A DNA stretch of 53,910 nucleotides. Source: Elusimicrobia bacterium GWA2_69_24. GTDB lineage: Bacteria; Elusimicrobiota; Elusimicrobia; UBA1565. Below the pieces are notes generated by a model. That model was not told the origin of the DNA, ran no database searches, and saw only the letters and a list, made by a program, of their open reading frames with translations. Shown here in pieces: positions 9,419 through 17,702 of the stretch (position 1 is its first letter; each line of letters opens with the position of its first letter). The stretch covers positions 1 to 53,910 of the forward strand of contig MGTY01000132.1 of NCBI GenBank assembly GCA_001799695.1. The letters run 5' to 3'. Both the position numbers and the translations under genes were made by a program.

Positions 9419-9585
9419 CTTAGTGCAGTATCTCCAACGCTTCTTTACATTTGAAAAGCCGTCATACCGGCGCCAACCGGTAGCCAGCGTGTGGAACGGA
9501 TTCACAAATCCTGTTCTGGTGCCTGGACCCCGGCTTTCTCCGGGGTGACGAATGTAATTGGACTTACTATGCAGTCCGTAGTATG
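9419..9585 (+). mobile_element. Family-2 MITE-like element, about 165 bp, copy 1 (ends degenerate)
   Basis: About 85% identical over roughly 140 bp to the reverse complement of 39385-39546. Contains the hairpin CCCCGGctttctCCGGGG followed by TGACGAA. Confidence 0.55.
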
Positions 9586-9651
9586 GGAGACGGTTCTGGA
9601 TTTGTCCCCGTTGGAGTGATGCCGCAAAACGTTTCGCATACTGCGGACATG

Positions 9652-9921
9652 TTATGCGTTCTTTTTTGCGACCAGCGGGAAGCGCTCTGGATGCTCAAGC
9701 GAAATCATATCTATGTCTACATCCAAATCCGGCCAATAAAGATGGGTATTGTGAAGAAGTCGGACGTTGTGAACGGCGGATATGACCGCGTCCTTGAACC
9801 AGGGGTAATCCGGGAACGGCAGCATGAATTCCCGGCCTTTGACAAAAAGCCAAATGCCGTGTTGTGTGATGTCCTGAACCTCAACGCGAGAAGTGCTTTT
9901 TCCAGGCGCGGATGACTTCAT
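9652..9921 (-). CDS. DUF2442-family small protein
   Basis: NTHLYWPDLDVDIDMISLEHPERFPL resembles the WP.lD.DiS block of DUF2442. The region is about 50% GC. The ORF overlaps the upstream DUF4160 gene by 41 nt. Confidence 0.55.
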   Translation of the reverse strand: MKSSAPGKSTSRVEVQDITQHGIWLFVKGREFMLPFPDYPWFKDAVISAVHNVRLLHNTHLYWPDLDVDIDMISLEHPERFPLVAKKNA

Positions 9922-10120
9922 CTTTCCTCCCTTCCACTACCTTCTGAAGGTCGTTGAGGGCCCGTGAAGATAGCCCATAATTCTCGCACAAGGCTACCGT
10001 CGGTTCGATCCAGAACTTTGCCTCTCCTTCGGACGATGACACGTGAATGTGCATTCGAGTCTCTTCCCGTGAGAAGAAAAAGAATCGATAACCCTTATGA
10101 CGAAATACGGTCGGGCTCAT
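9881..10120 (-). CDS. DUF4160-family small protein
   Basis: MSPTVFRHKGYRFFFFSREETRMHIHVSSSEGEAKFWIEP has the canonical DUF4160 N-terminus. A TATAAT box lies 9 nt upstream of the ATG. Confidence 0.6.
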   Translation of the reverse strand: MSPTVFRHKGYRFFFFSREETRMHIHVSSSEGEAKFWIEPTVALCENYGLSSRALNDLQKVVEGRKDEVIRAWKKHFSR

Positions 10121-10128
10121 ATATCCCC

Positions 10129-10157
10129 ATTATATCGTTAGAACCAGGAATTGGCCA
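10129..10157 (-). promoter_or_regulatory. Putative promoter of the DUF4160/DUF2442 pair (TGGCCA, 17 nt, TATAAT)
   Basis: The reverse complement reads tggcca-attcctggttctaacga-tataat-ggggatat-ATG. Confidence 0.4.
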
Positions 10158-10219
10158 GTGTGTCGATGGATACGCATAACGAATGGGTCGGCGGCGCGCA
10201 GCCTGGTGGGCGCCGACGG

Positions 10220-10238
10220 CACTGTGCCCGGGCACAGT
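10220..10238. repeat. Family-4 palindrome copy (CACTGTGCCCGGGCACAGT)
   Basis: The same 16-bp palindrome core as at 1868 and 29548. Confidence 0.4.
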
Positions 10239-10525
10239 CGATACTGTTCGAGGCCCGTGCCCGTCGCAGCGGATGTTAGACATCGTCATTGTGTATTCAG
10301 GGACATTTCGCACAGGGCCCACTCTTGCAAATCTGAATATCGAACGAATGCGCAAGATCAACCGGCAAAATGATGGTATCCGCAATTCCGGAGAACAGGA
10401 CGTCGGGTACGGCAATCATTGAGCTGAAACCGGTTCCGCACTTCACCTTGTACGCGGCACACCTGACCCCTGGGCGGGTGGCCCGGACTCCGGGTCGGCC
10501 GGATTTCGCGACCGGCGCAGACCGC

Positions 10526-10553
10526 TTCGTCGTCCCGGCGAAAGCCGGGACCC
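10526..10553 (+). repeat. Left half of a family-3 short double-hairpin element (TTCGTCgTCCCGGCGAAAGCCGGGACCC), separated from its right half by element B
   Basis: Matches the left half of the intact 67-bp copy at 15915-15981. Confidence 0.45.
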
Positions 10554-10567
10554 AGTCATTGCCGTTA

Positions 10568-10892
10568 GGGCTCGCAATGAAATAAGTGGCGCACTTCGGA
10601 GGCCCGATCTTGAGCCGATTTCTAGGCGCGAGGAGCGCGCATAGCGTGAGCTATGTAAGCGACGAGCAACGACGAAATAGGCCAATAGCGGGCCTCCCCG
10701 AAGGGCCGGGGCGCTTTTGGGCCTGCGGAAAGGAGTTACTCCCTGCCGCAGGTCCCTGCGGCGCTATCGCCGCAGGGGCTGCGCCTTCGCGCTGCTCGAC
10801 TTACAGGCCTTAAGGCCTGCGCGTCTCGCATCGCTTCGGCTCGCTCCAAAATCGCCTCCGGCGAAATGCGCCACTTATTTCATTGCGAGCCC
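10568..10892 (-). mobile_element. Family-1 MITE-like element, copy B. 325 bp, inverted relative to copy A, flanked by TTA
   Basis: It is the reverse complement of copy A along its whole length apart from the 57-nt nested insertion. Ends are GGGCTCGCAATGAAATAAGTGGC and GCCACTTATTTCATTGCGAGCCC. TTA sits at 10565-10567 and 10893-10895. Confidence 0.65.
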
Positions 10893-10910
10893 TTAAGCCC
10901 TACGCCTGCA

Positions 10911-10935
10911 CCCCGGTTCAAGCCCGGGGTGACGG
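10911..10935 (+). repeat. Right half of the interrupted family-3 element (CCCCGGttCAAGCCCGGGGTGACGG)
   Basis: Matches the right-hand hairpin of 15915-15981. Confidence 0.4.
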
Positions 10936-11035
10936 CGCACGGATGGGACCGGGAGCGAACCCTGTTGCTTCTTCTTGACAAGGGGTTTCAGCTTCCGTAT
11001 AGTGAGGGTCGTCTCCGACGGGCGGGAGGGATATC

Positions 11036-12088
11036 ATGGCCATAATCGACAGGGTAAAATACGACGGTCCCGGCAACGTCCTGGTGTGGCGGCACCCCCC
11101 CGACGACCTCTCCTGGGGCACCCAGGTCATCGTCAACCAGTCGCAGGAAGCCATCTTCTTCAAGGGCGGCCAGGCCCTCGACGTGCTCGGCCCCGGCACC
11201 CACAAGCTGGAGACCTCCAACATCCCGCTGCTGCGCACCCTCATCAAGATCCCCTTCGGCGGGGAGACCCCCTTCGCGGCCGAGATCTACTACGTCAACA
11301 AGGCCACCAACCTCGACATCAAGTGGGGCACCAAGTCCCCCATCCCGGTGCTCGACCCCAAGTACAACATCTTCCTGCCCGTGCGCGCCTTCGGCCAGTT
11401 CGGCGTGCGCGTCCAGGACTCCCGGAAGTTCGTGATGCAGCTCTCCGGGACCATGAACGAGTTCACCACCGAGACCCTGTCTGAGTACTTCCGGGGCATC
11501 ATCCTCACCAAGGCCAAGGACTACATCGCCGAGACCATCGTCCAGAAGAAGGTCAACCTCTTGGAGATCACGGCCTTCCTCGAAGAGATCTCGGCCGAGC
11601 TCCAGAAGAAGCTGGCCAAGGACTTCGCGAACTTCGGCATCCAGCTCGTCAACTTCCTGCTCAACTCCATCAACGTCCCCGACGACGACGACACGGTCAT
11701 CCGCCTGAAGAAGGCCCTGGCGGAGAAGGCCGAGATCGACATCCTGGGAGACGGCAACTACAAGATGAAGCGCGCGCTCGACGCCATGAACTCGGCCGCC
11801 TCCAACGAGAGCGGCGGCGCGGGCGCCGGCATGGGCCTGGGGATGGGGATGGGCGCGGGCGCCGGCATGGGCGGGATGATGGCCGGCATGATGGGCTCCA
11901 TGGCGGGGCCCGCCGGAGTCCAGGCCCCGGCCGCGGCTTGCCCGGGCTGCAAAGGCCAGGTCGCCGCGGGGGCGAAGTTCTGCCCGCACTGCGGCAAGGC
12001 GCTCGGCGCGCGACCCTGCCCGAAATGCGCGGTCGAAGCTCCCGCGGGGGCGAAGTTCTGCCCCGGCTGCGGACAAGCGATACCCTGA
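11036..12088 (+). CDS. SPFH (band-7) domain protein with a C-terminal Gly/Met-rich linker and a double CxxC zinc ribbon
   Basis: MAIIDRVKYDGPGNVLVWRHPPDDLSWGTQVIVNQSQEAIFFKGGQALD is the conserved SPFH-family N-terminus. The C-terminal CPGCKG...CPHCG...CPKC...CPGCG pairs form the ribbon. A GGGAGGG RBS is present. Confidence 0.8.
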   Translation: MAIIDRVKYDGPGNVLVWRHPPDDLSWGTQVIVNQSQEAIFFKGGQALDVLGPGTHKLETSNIPLLRTLIKIPFGGETPFAAEIYYVNKATNLDIKWGTKSPIPVLDPKYNIFLPVRAFGQFGVRVQDSRKFVMQLSGTMNEFTTETLSEYFRGIILTKAKDYIAETIVQKKVNLLEITAFLEEISAELQKKLAKDFANFGIQLVNFLLNSINVPDDDDTVIRLKKALAEKAEIDILGDGNYKMKRALDAMNSAASNESGGAGAGMGLGMGMGAGAGMGGMMAGMMGSMAGPAGVQAPAAACPGCKGQVAAGAKFCPHCGKALGARPCPKCAVEAPAGAKFCPGCGQAIP

Positions 12089-12092
12089 CCCC

Positions 12093-13517
12093 TTGAGATC
12101 CTTCCCGGCGCTGCTGCTGACCGCTGCGATGGGGACGCTCTGCGTCCCCCTGGGCGCGCAGGCCGTCCCCGCCCCCGCCGCGGCTCCGGGAGTCTCCCTG
12201 GCCGGCCACCCGGGCAACGGGTCCGATGACCCCGAGGTCCGCCTGCTCGAGCGGCTCAACGAAGCGGAGAACGCCTACAAAGAAGGCGCGGCCCTGCTCA
12301 GTCAGGGGCACACCGAGAAAGGGCAGGAGCGGCTGAAGAAGGCCTTCTCGGTCGTGGCCTCGTCGCTCGAAAGCGACGACCTCGCTTATCAGGTGCAGGG
12401 CGACCTCCTCAACATGATCGAGAAGATCCGGGCCTGGGAATCCGGAGATATCGATGAGGTCCAAGAGGAGGCCCCCTCGCTCGACGCCTCCGCCGATGAA
12501 TTGAAGGCCGAGCCCGCGGCCGACATCCCGAAAGGCCGCGAGTCCCGCAAGCACCGCATCAAGATCGATCCGGAGAACGAGCTCGTCAAGAAGTACATCC
12601 ACCTCTACACCAACAAGCGCAGGAAGGAGGTGGAGGAGGCCCTGGCCCGCTCCGGCCGGTACCGGGACATGATCGTCACGGCCCTGCGCAAGGCGGGCCT
12701 GCCTGAGGAGCTCTTCTGGCTGGTGATGACCGAGAGCGAATACAAGCTCAAGGCCATCTCGCGCTCAGGCGCGGGCGGGCTCTGGCAGTTCATGCCCGCC
12801 ACCGGCCGCCACTACGGGCTCGAGGTCTCCTATTGGATCGACGAGCGCTACGAGACCGAGAAGGCGACCAAGGCGGCCCTGCGCTACCTCTCCGACCTCT
12901 ACAAGTGGTTCGGGGACTGGCATCTGGCCCTGGCCGCCTACAACCGCGGCGAAGGCGGAGTGGGGCGGGACCTGAGCTATTCGCGCTCCGCCGACTTCTC
13001 GACGCTCTCCGACCGGGGCGTACTTCCCGGCGAGACCCAGCATTACGTCCCGAAGTTCATGGCCTGCGTCCTGATCGGGGAGAACCCGGAGCGCTACGGG
13101 CTCGACCCCAAGTACGACAGCCCCGAGCCCTACGACGTCGTGGAGTTGGAGCGGGACCTGGACCTGGGCATCGCGGCGAAATGCGCCGACACGACCGCCG
13201 AGGTGCTCCAGAGGCTGAACCCTCAGATCCACGCCTGGTGCACGCCAAAGAACCAGAAGAACTTCCCCCTGCGCATCCCGAAGGGTACCCGGGACCGCTT
13301 CCGGGAGAACCTGGCCAAGGTCCAGGACTGGAACCCCGGGCCCCAGTACACCCGCTACCAGGTCCGCAAGGGCGACAACCTCGGCAAGATCGCCAAACGC
13401 TTCCGCACCACGTCCAAGAACATCGCGACCCTCAACGGCATCAAGAATCCCCGGGCGCTCCGCCCCGGCATGACGCTGAAGATAAAGCCCGGCAAGGGTT
13501 ATCGCGGGGCGCCGTGA
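12093..13517 (+). CDS. Lytic transglycosylase (Slt/MltD-like) with a C-terminal LysM domain. Probable TTG start with a signal peptide
   Basis: The catalytic block is [26 protein letters not shown]. The LysM segment is [16 protein letters not shown]...TLKI. Confidence 0.8.
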   Translation: MRSFPALLLTAAMGTLCVPLGAQAVPAPAAAPGVSLAGHPGNGSDDPEVRLLERLNEAENAYKEGAALLSQGHTEKGQERLKKAFSVVASSLESDDLAYQVQGDLLNMIEKIRAWESGDIDEVQEEAPSLDASADELKAEPAADIPKGRESRKHRIKIDPENELVKKYIHLYTNKRRKEVEEALARSGRYRDMIVTALRKAGLPEELFWLVMTESEYKLKAISRSGAGGLWQFMPATGRHYGLEVSYWIDERYETEKATKAALRYLSDLYKWFGDWHLALAAYNRGEGGVGRDLSYSRSADFSTLSDRGVLPGETQHYVPKFMACVLIGENPERYGLDPKYDSPEPYDVVELERDLDLGIAAKCADTTAEVLQRLNPQIHAWCTPKNQKNFPLRIPKGTRDRFRENLAKVQDWNPGPQYTRYQVRKGDNLGKIAKRFRTTSKNIATLNGIKNPRALRPGMTLKIKPGKGYRGAP

Positions 13518-13738
13518 ACCGGCGGCTGGCCGTTCTGGCCCTGACGCTCGCGCCCCTGGCGGGAGGCTGCGTGCCGCGCGCCCAGAGGGTGGCGGAGCGG
13601 ATATACAACGCCTGCGAGGCCCAGGGATATTCGGAAGCGGAGTGCCTGCGGCGCACCGGCTGCCCTCCCGACCAGGACCGGGACGAGTGCCTCCAGAGCT
13701 TCAAGAACCGCCACCAGCTCTACATCGGCTACGAGTGA
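13514..13738 (+). CDS. Small Cys-rich lipoprotein (74 aa, GTG start overlapping the upstream stop)
   Basis: [19 protein letters not shown] lipobox. The ORF is in frame with track ORF 12833..13738. Confidence 0.4.
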   Translation: MNRRLAVLALTLAPLAGGCVPRAQRVAERIYNACEAQGYSEAECLRRTGCPPDQDRDECLQSFKNRHQLYIGYE

Positions 13739-13812
13739 GCCGCTTCCGGGACCCCGCTCCGGCGCGGCCCCGGACGGCGGCCCAGGTCTGAAAATGTAGA
13801 ATGGGGGAGACC

Positions 13813-14493
13813 ATGGAGCGGAAGATCCTGTTGGTCGAGGATGACGCGCATGTCCGGATCCCCATCCGGGAGATCATGGTCGGCGCCGGCTACCGGCTGG
13901 TGGAAGCGGAGTCCGTGGAAATGGGCATCCACCTTTTCCGGACCCAGGAACCCGACCTGCTCATCCTCGACCGCCACCTTCCGGACGGCTCCGGCCTGGA
14001 GGTATGCGCAGCCGTGCGCAAGCACGCCTCCCTCTCCAAGACTCCGGTCATCATGCTCACGGGCGCCGGCAAGCTCGAAGAAAAGGCGGAAGGCTTCGCG
14101 GCCGGCGCGGACCAGTACCTGGTGAAGCCCGTGGACCCGAAGGAGCTGGTCCTGTGGGTCGACTCCCTGCTCCGCCGGATGGACATGGCCGAGGATCCGG
14201 GCGCGGTGATCGAAGCGGGCGAGCTCCGGATCGAGGTCGACGCGCACATGATCCGCTTCAAGGACCGCGAGCTCGCCGATCTGACCGTCAAGGAATTCGA
14301 GCTCTTCCAGTTCCTGGTCCGCAACCGTCCCCGGCCGCTGAGCCGCCAGTTCATCCTCTCCAAACTCTGGCATACGGTGGCCGTGGACAACCTCATCGAC
14401 GTGTACATCAGCAAACTCCGCAAGAAGCTGCCCACGGAGCTCGCGGACCGGCTCCAGTCCGTCCCGGGCAAGGGCTTCCGCTACCTGGGCTGA
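13813..14493 (+). CDS. OmpR-family response regulator (REC plus winged helix)
   Basis: Contains ILLVEDD...LLILD...MLTG..K and the C-terminal GKGFRYLG. An alternative ATG lies at 13801. Confidence 0.85.
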   Translation: MERKILLVEDDAHVRIPIREIMVGAGYRLVEAESVEMGIHLFRTQEPDLLILDRHLPDGSGLEVCAAVRKHASLSKTPVIMLTGAGKLEEKAEGFAAGADQYLVKPVDPKELVLWVDSLLRRMDMAEDPGAVIEAGELRIEVDAHMIRFKDRELADLTVKEFELFQFLVRNRPRPLSRQFILSKLWHTVAVDNLIDVYISKLRKKLPTELADRLQSVPGKGFRYLG

Positions 14494-15908
14494 TGGCCTC
14501 CGCGGCAAAGATGACCCTGCGCACGAAAGGCGTGCTGCTCGCCGCGGGCACGACGCTGGCCGTCCTGCTCATCACGGACCTTGCGTTCCTGCGGATCGGC
14601 AAGGACGTAGAGGGCAAGTACGCCGCCCGCGCCGCCCATTGGGCCCGGGAATGCGTCCGCGGGCTCCGGTCGGGGGGCCCGGGACTCCTGGAGGACCGTC
14701 TGCGCCGCATCAAGGACGGCGCCCTGGCCGCGGAATACCTCTATCTGCTGGGACCCGGCGACATCTTCCTCGTCCACTCCGACCCCCGCTACGCGGGCCG
14801 CCCGTACGCCGAGTGGCTCGCGGCCGGCCCCCGCCCCGGGGTGGAGGAGTTCCGGCACCCGGTCTCCGCGCCGGACGGCGCCTCGTATCAGGCCGCGCTG
14901 GGCTACGCCCCGGCCAAGGTCCGGGCGGAGGAAGAGGTCATCCGCCTGCAGTTGCGGGAGCTCATGGGGCCCTTGGCGCACGCCAACATCCTGATCGTCC
15001 TCCTCATGATCCTCATCTCGTTTTTGGTCTCCCGCGGACTCATCCGGCCGCTCGACGCGCTTGCGAAAGCGGCGCGCGCGGTCGGCCGCGGCGAGCTGAA
15101 AACGGTGGTCCCGGAATCGAGCCGGACCCTGGAACTCGCGGTCGTGCAGCGGGAGTTCAACGCCATGGCGTGCCGCCTCGCCGAGCTCGACGACTTGAAG
15201 AGCGAGTTCCTGGCCAAGATCACGCACGATCTGCGTAGCCCCCTCGGCGCGATCCTGGCCTACACGGAGCTCCTGCTCATGGAGAAGAAGGGGCCGCTCG
15301 CGACCAAACAGAAGGACGCCCTGCGGATCATCCTGGACAGCGTGAACTACCTCAGCGAACTCATCAACAACATCCTGGACATGACCAAGATCGAGGCCGG
15401 CCGCATGGAGTTCTTCCCGGCCCCCGTAGACCTGCCCAGGACCATCACCGAGACCCTGGCCCTGCTCCGGGTCAAGGCCGCGGAGTTCGGGCTCTCTCTC
15501 GAGGCGGAGGCCTCCGAGGGTCTGCCGGACGCCCTGGTGGACGTGCAGGCGCTCAAACGCATCCTCATCAATCTCGTCTCCAACGCCATGAAATGCACGC
15601 CCGCGGGAGGCAAGATCACGGTCCAGACATCCCTCGCGGAGGACGGGAAGCTCCACGTTACGGTGCGCGACACGGGCATAGGGATCCCTCCCGACAAGAT
15701 GCATCGCCTGTTCTCCAAATTCGCCCTCATCCACCGCCAGGAGGCCCTGCCGCGCCAGGCGCTCGGCACCGGCCTGGGCCTCAGGATCTGCAAGGAGATC
15801 GTCGAGTGGCACGGCGGCCGGATCTGGGTCGAGAGTGAAGAGGGGAAGGGGACCGCGATCCACGCCACCTTCCCACCCGTGCCTGACCTCCCCGACGAAG
15901 AAGCCTAG
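14493..15908 (+). CDS. Sensor histidine kinase (TM, about 150-aa periplasmic domain, TM, HAMP, HisKA, HATPase)
   Basis: Contains ITHDLRSPL (H-box), plus N, G1 and G2 motifs (GTGLGL). Its ATG overlaps the response-regulator stop (TGATG). Confidence 0.85.
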   Translation: MASAAKMTLRTKGVLLAAGTTLAVLLITDLAFLRIGKDVEGKYAARAAHWARECVRGLRSGGPGLLEDRLRRIKDGALAAEYLYLLGPGDIFLVHSDPRYAGRPYAEWLAAGPRPGVEEFRHPVSAPDGASYQAALGYAPAKVRAEEEVIRLQLRELMGPLAHANILIVLLMILISFLVSRGLIRPLDALAKAARAVGRGELKTVVPESSRTLELAVVQREFNAMACRLAELDDLKSEFLAKITHDLRSPLGAILAYTELLLMEKKGPLATKQKDALRIILDSVNYLSELINNILDMTKIEAGRMEFFPAPVDLPRTITETLALLRVKAAEFGLSLEAEASEGLPDALVDVQALKRILINLVSNAMKCTPAGGKITVQTSLAEDGKLHVTVRDTGIGIPPDKMHRLFSKFALIHRQEALPRQALGTGLGLRICKEIVEWHGGRIWVESEEGKGTAIHATFPPVPDLPDEEA

Positions 15909-15914
15909 CGCTGT

Positions 15915-15981
15915 TTCGTCATCCCGGCGAAAGCCGGGATCCATGAGTCTGGACCCCGGGGTCAAGCCCCGGGGTGACGAA
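15915..15981 (+). repeat. Family-3 short element (67 bp): two hairpins (CCCGGCGAAAGCCGGG and CCCCGGGGTCAAGCCCCGGGG) within the imperfect TIR TTCGTCAtCCCGG/CCGGGGTGACGAA
   Basis: Read directly from the sequence. It sits between the convergent histidine-kinase and glycosyltransferase genes. Related hairpin modules occur in the family-2 element and flank element B. Confidence 0.55.
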
Positions 15982-15986
15982 CCACA

Positions 15987-17702
15987 CTAGATCTCCCAGC
16001 GCAGGATATCGAGCTCCCCGCCGTCGAGATCCAGGTCGAAGACCCGATACGGTCCGGGGCCTCCCCCCTGGGCATGCGGCGGCACGGCGAGCACTCCCGG
16101 GATGGGCGGGGGGGGCGGCGGCAACGGGGGCAGCCGGGGCAGCCGGATGCGCGCCACCAGGATGAGCTTCTCGTCCGGGGGGAGGAGTCGCGCGAGCGCG
16201 GCGCGCAGGCCGTCATCGGCGACCATATACACCCCCCCCTCCGGGCCCGCCCAGGAACGCAGGTCGCGCGAGAACAAGCTCCAGAGCTCGGAGCCCCCCG
16301 CGCTCCCGTAGACGCTGCGCGGCGCCGGCCTCGCGGAGCCCGGACCCGCATACGGCCCCGGGCCGGGAGGCAGCGGCGGCGGGACCTCGGGACGCAGGAC
16401 GCCCGCGTCGGCCAGGCGCCAGCGGCCGATGGCATCAAGATGCTGGTTCAGGCCCTGCGGGGAGACGAGTATCCGCCCCGCCGGCACGTGCGCTTCCAAC
16501 TCCCGGGTGACTTGCGCGAGGGCGGCGTTGCGGCTCGTGAGCATGCGCACCTTCAGGAAGGATTGCGGCAGCCCCCATAGACCCATGCCCAGGACCAGGA
16601 GGACGCAGCCCGCCCGCACCCTGAGAGGATGCTTCCGGTCGAGCCGGCTGAGCAGCCAGACCCCGGCCGCGGCGTAGACGTAGAACGTAGGCAGCAGATA
16701 CCTCATGGACTGCGGGTCGGGAGGCGTGTAGTACGACATGTAAAGCAGCGTGATGGTCGCCGCCAGCATGGCGGCGAGCGCGCCCACCTTCCAGCGCCGG
16801 CGGTCCGCGCACAACGCCGCGATGCCCGCGACGCCCAGCGGGAAGAGGAGGAAGCAGCCCTCGGACATGAGTTTTTCCAGGAATGGGAACGCATGCGCGG
16901 CCAGATGCTCCAGGCCGAAGGCGCTCTGCTCCCCCGTGAGAGCGTATCCCGTCCGCCAGAAGGCGCCGTAAGCCGATTGATTCCTGAGGGCCACGGCCGC
17001 CAGTGGGACGGCCGCACCCGCCCCGGCGGCCAGCAGGGAACGGCCGAACTCTTTCCCGCGCTCCCGATGCAGGACCATGAAGAGCGCCAGGGGCGGCAGA
17101 AGCACCGCTTCGGGATACCGTATCGCGGGGACCATCCCCGCCAGGAGGCCTGCGGCCGCGGCCCACCTCAAGGACCGGGTGGCCGCCCACCGCAGCAGCG
17201 CGAACAGGGAGGCTCCGAGGAAGAACACGGCCGCCGCATGCGCGTCCCCGAAGAAGGCGTGCTCGTTGGCCATGGGATTGACGGCCATGAGCCCCGCCCC
17301 GAGCAGCGCCCAGGGCTCCGACATGAATATCCGGCAGATGAGGAAGAGGCCCAGGAGAGACAACGAGCACAGCAGGGCGCTGAGCAGGAGCGCGCCGCCG
17401 GTCCCGAAGAGGCGGTAGGGCAGCGCCAGCACCGCGGCCAGGCCCGGCGCATGGGTGCAGTAGTAGCGTCCCCCGGGCGTCGCCTTCCAATGCGTGCCCA
17501 CGTACTGCGCCCGCGACCCGGTATTCATCCAGGTCCGGCCGTTCTCGGCGATCAGCCGGGCCTGCGTATAGTAGCTGTTGGCGTCCGGGGTCGAGATCGC
17601 GGGCGCGAAGAAGCAGAGCGCCGCTCCGAAGTGGGCCGCGGTGAGGAGCAGGGCCAGCCGAGCCCAAGGTCCGAACGCGCGCCGCTGTTCTCCGGCGATC
17701 AT
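15987..17702 (-). CDS. Polytopic membrane glycosyltransferase, GT-C superfamily (ArnT/PMT, GT39-like), with a Pro-rich C-terminal tail
   Basis: Many TM helices. The N-terminal loop architecture is typical of GT39/ArnT. The call rests on composition and topology, with no signature motif verified. Confidence 0.5.
   Translation of the reverse strand: MIAGEQRRAFGPWARLALLLTAAHFGAALCFFAPAISTPDANSYYTQARLIAENGRTWMNTGSRAQYVGTHWKATPGGRYYCTHAPGLAAVLALPYRLFGTGGALLLSALLCSLSLLGLFLICRIFMSEPWALLGAGLMAVNPMANEHAFFGDAHAAAVFFLGASLFALLRWAATRSLRWAAAAGLLAGMVPAIRYPEAVLLPPLALFMVLHRERGKEFGRSLLAAGAGAAVPLAAVALRNQSAYGAFWRTGYALTGEQSAFGLEHLAAHAFPFLEKLMSEGCFLLFPLGVAGIAALCADRRRWKVGALAAMLAATITLLYMSYYTPPDPQSMRYLLPTFYVYAAAGVWLLSRLDRKHPLRVRAGCVLLVLGMGLWGLPQSFLKVRMLTSRNAALAQVTRELEAHVPAGRILVSPQGLNQHLDAIGRWRLADAGVLRPEVPPPLPPGPGPYAGPGSARPAPRSVYGSAGGSELWSLFSRDLRSWAGPEGGVYMVADDGLRAALARLLPPDEKLILVARIRLPRLPPLPPPPPPIPGVLAVPPHAQGGGPGPYRVFDLDLDGGELDILRWEI

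Noticed and set aside
12833-13738. 301-aa plus-strand ORF spanning the lytic transglycosylase 3-prime half
   Set aside because: It is out of frame with the well-supported transglycosylase gene. Only its last 74 codons (from GTG 13514) look like a real small lipoprotein.
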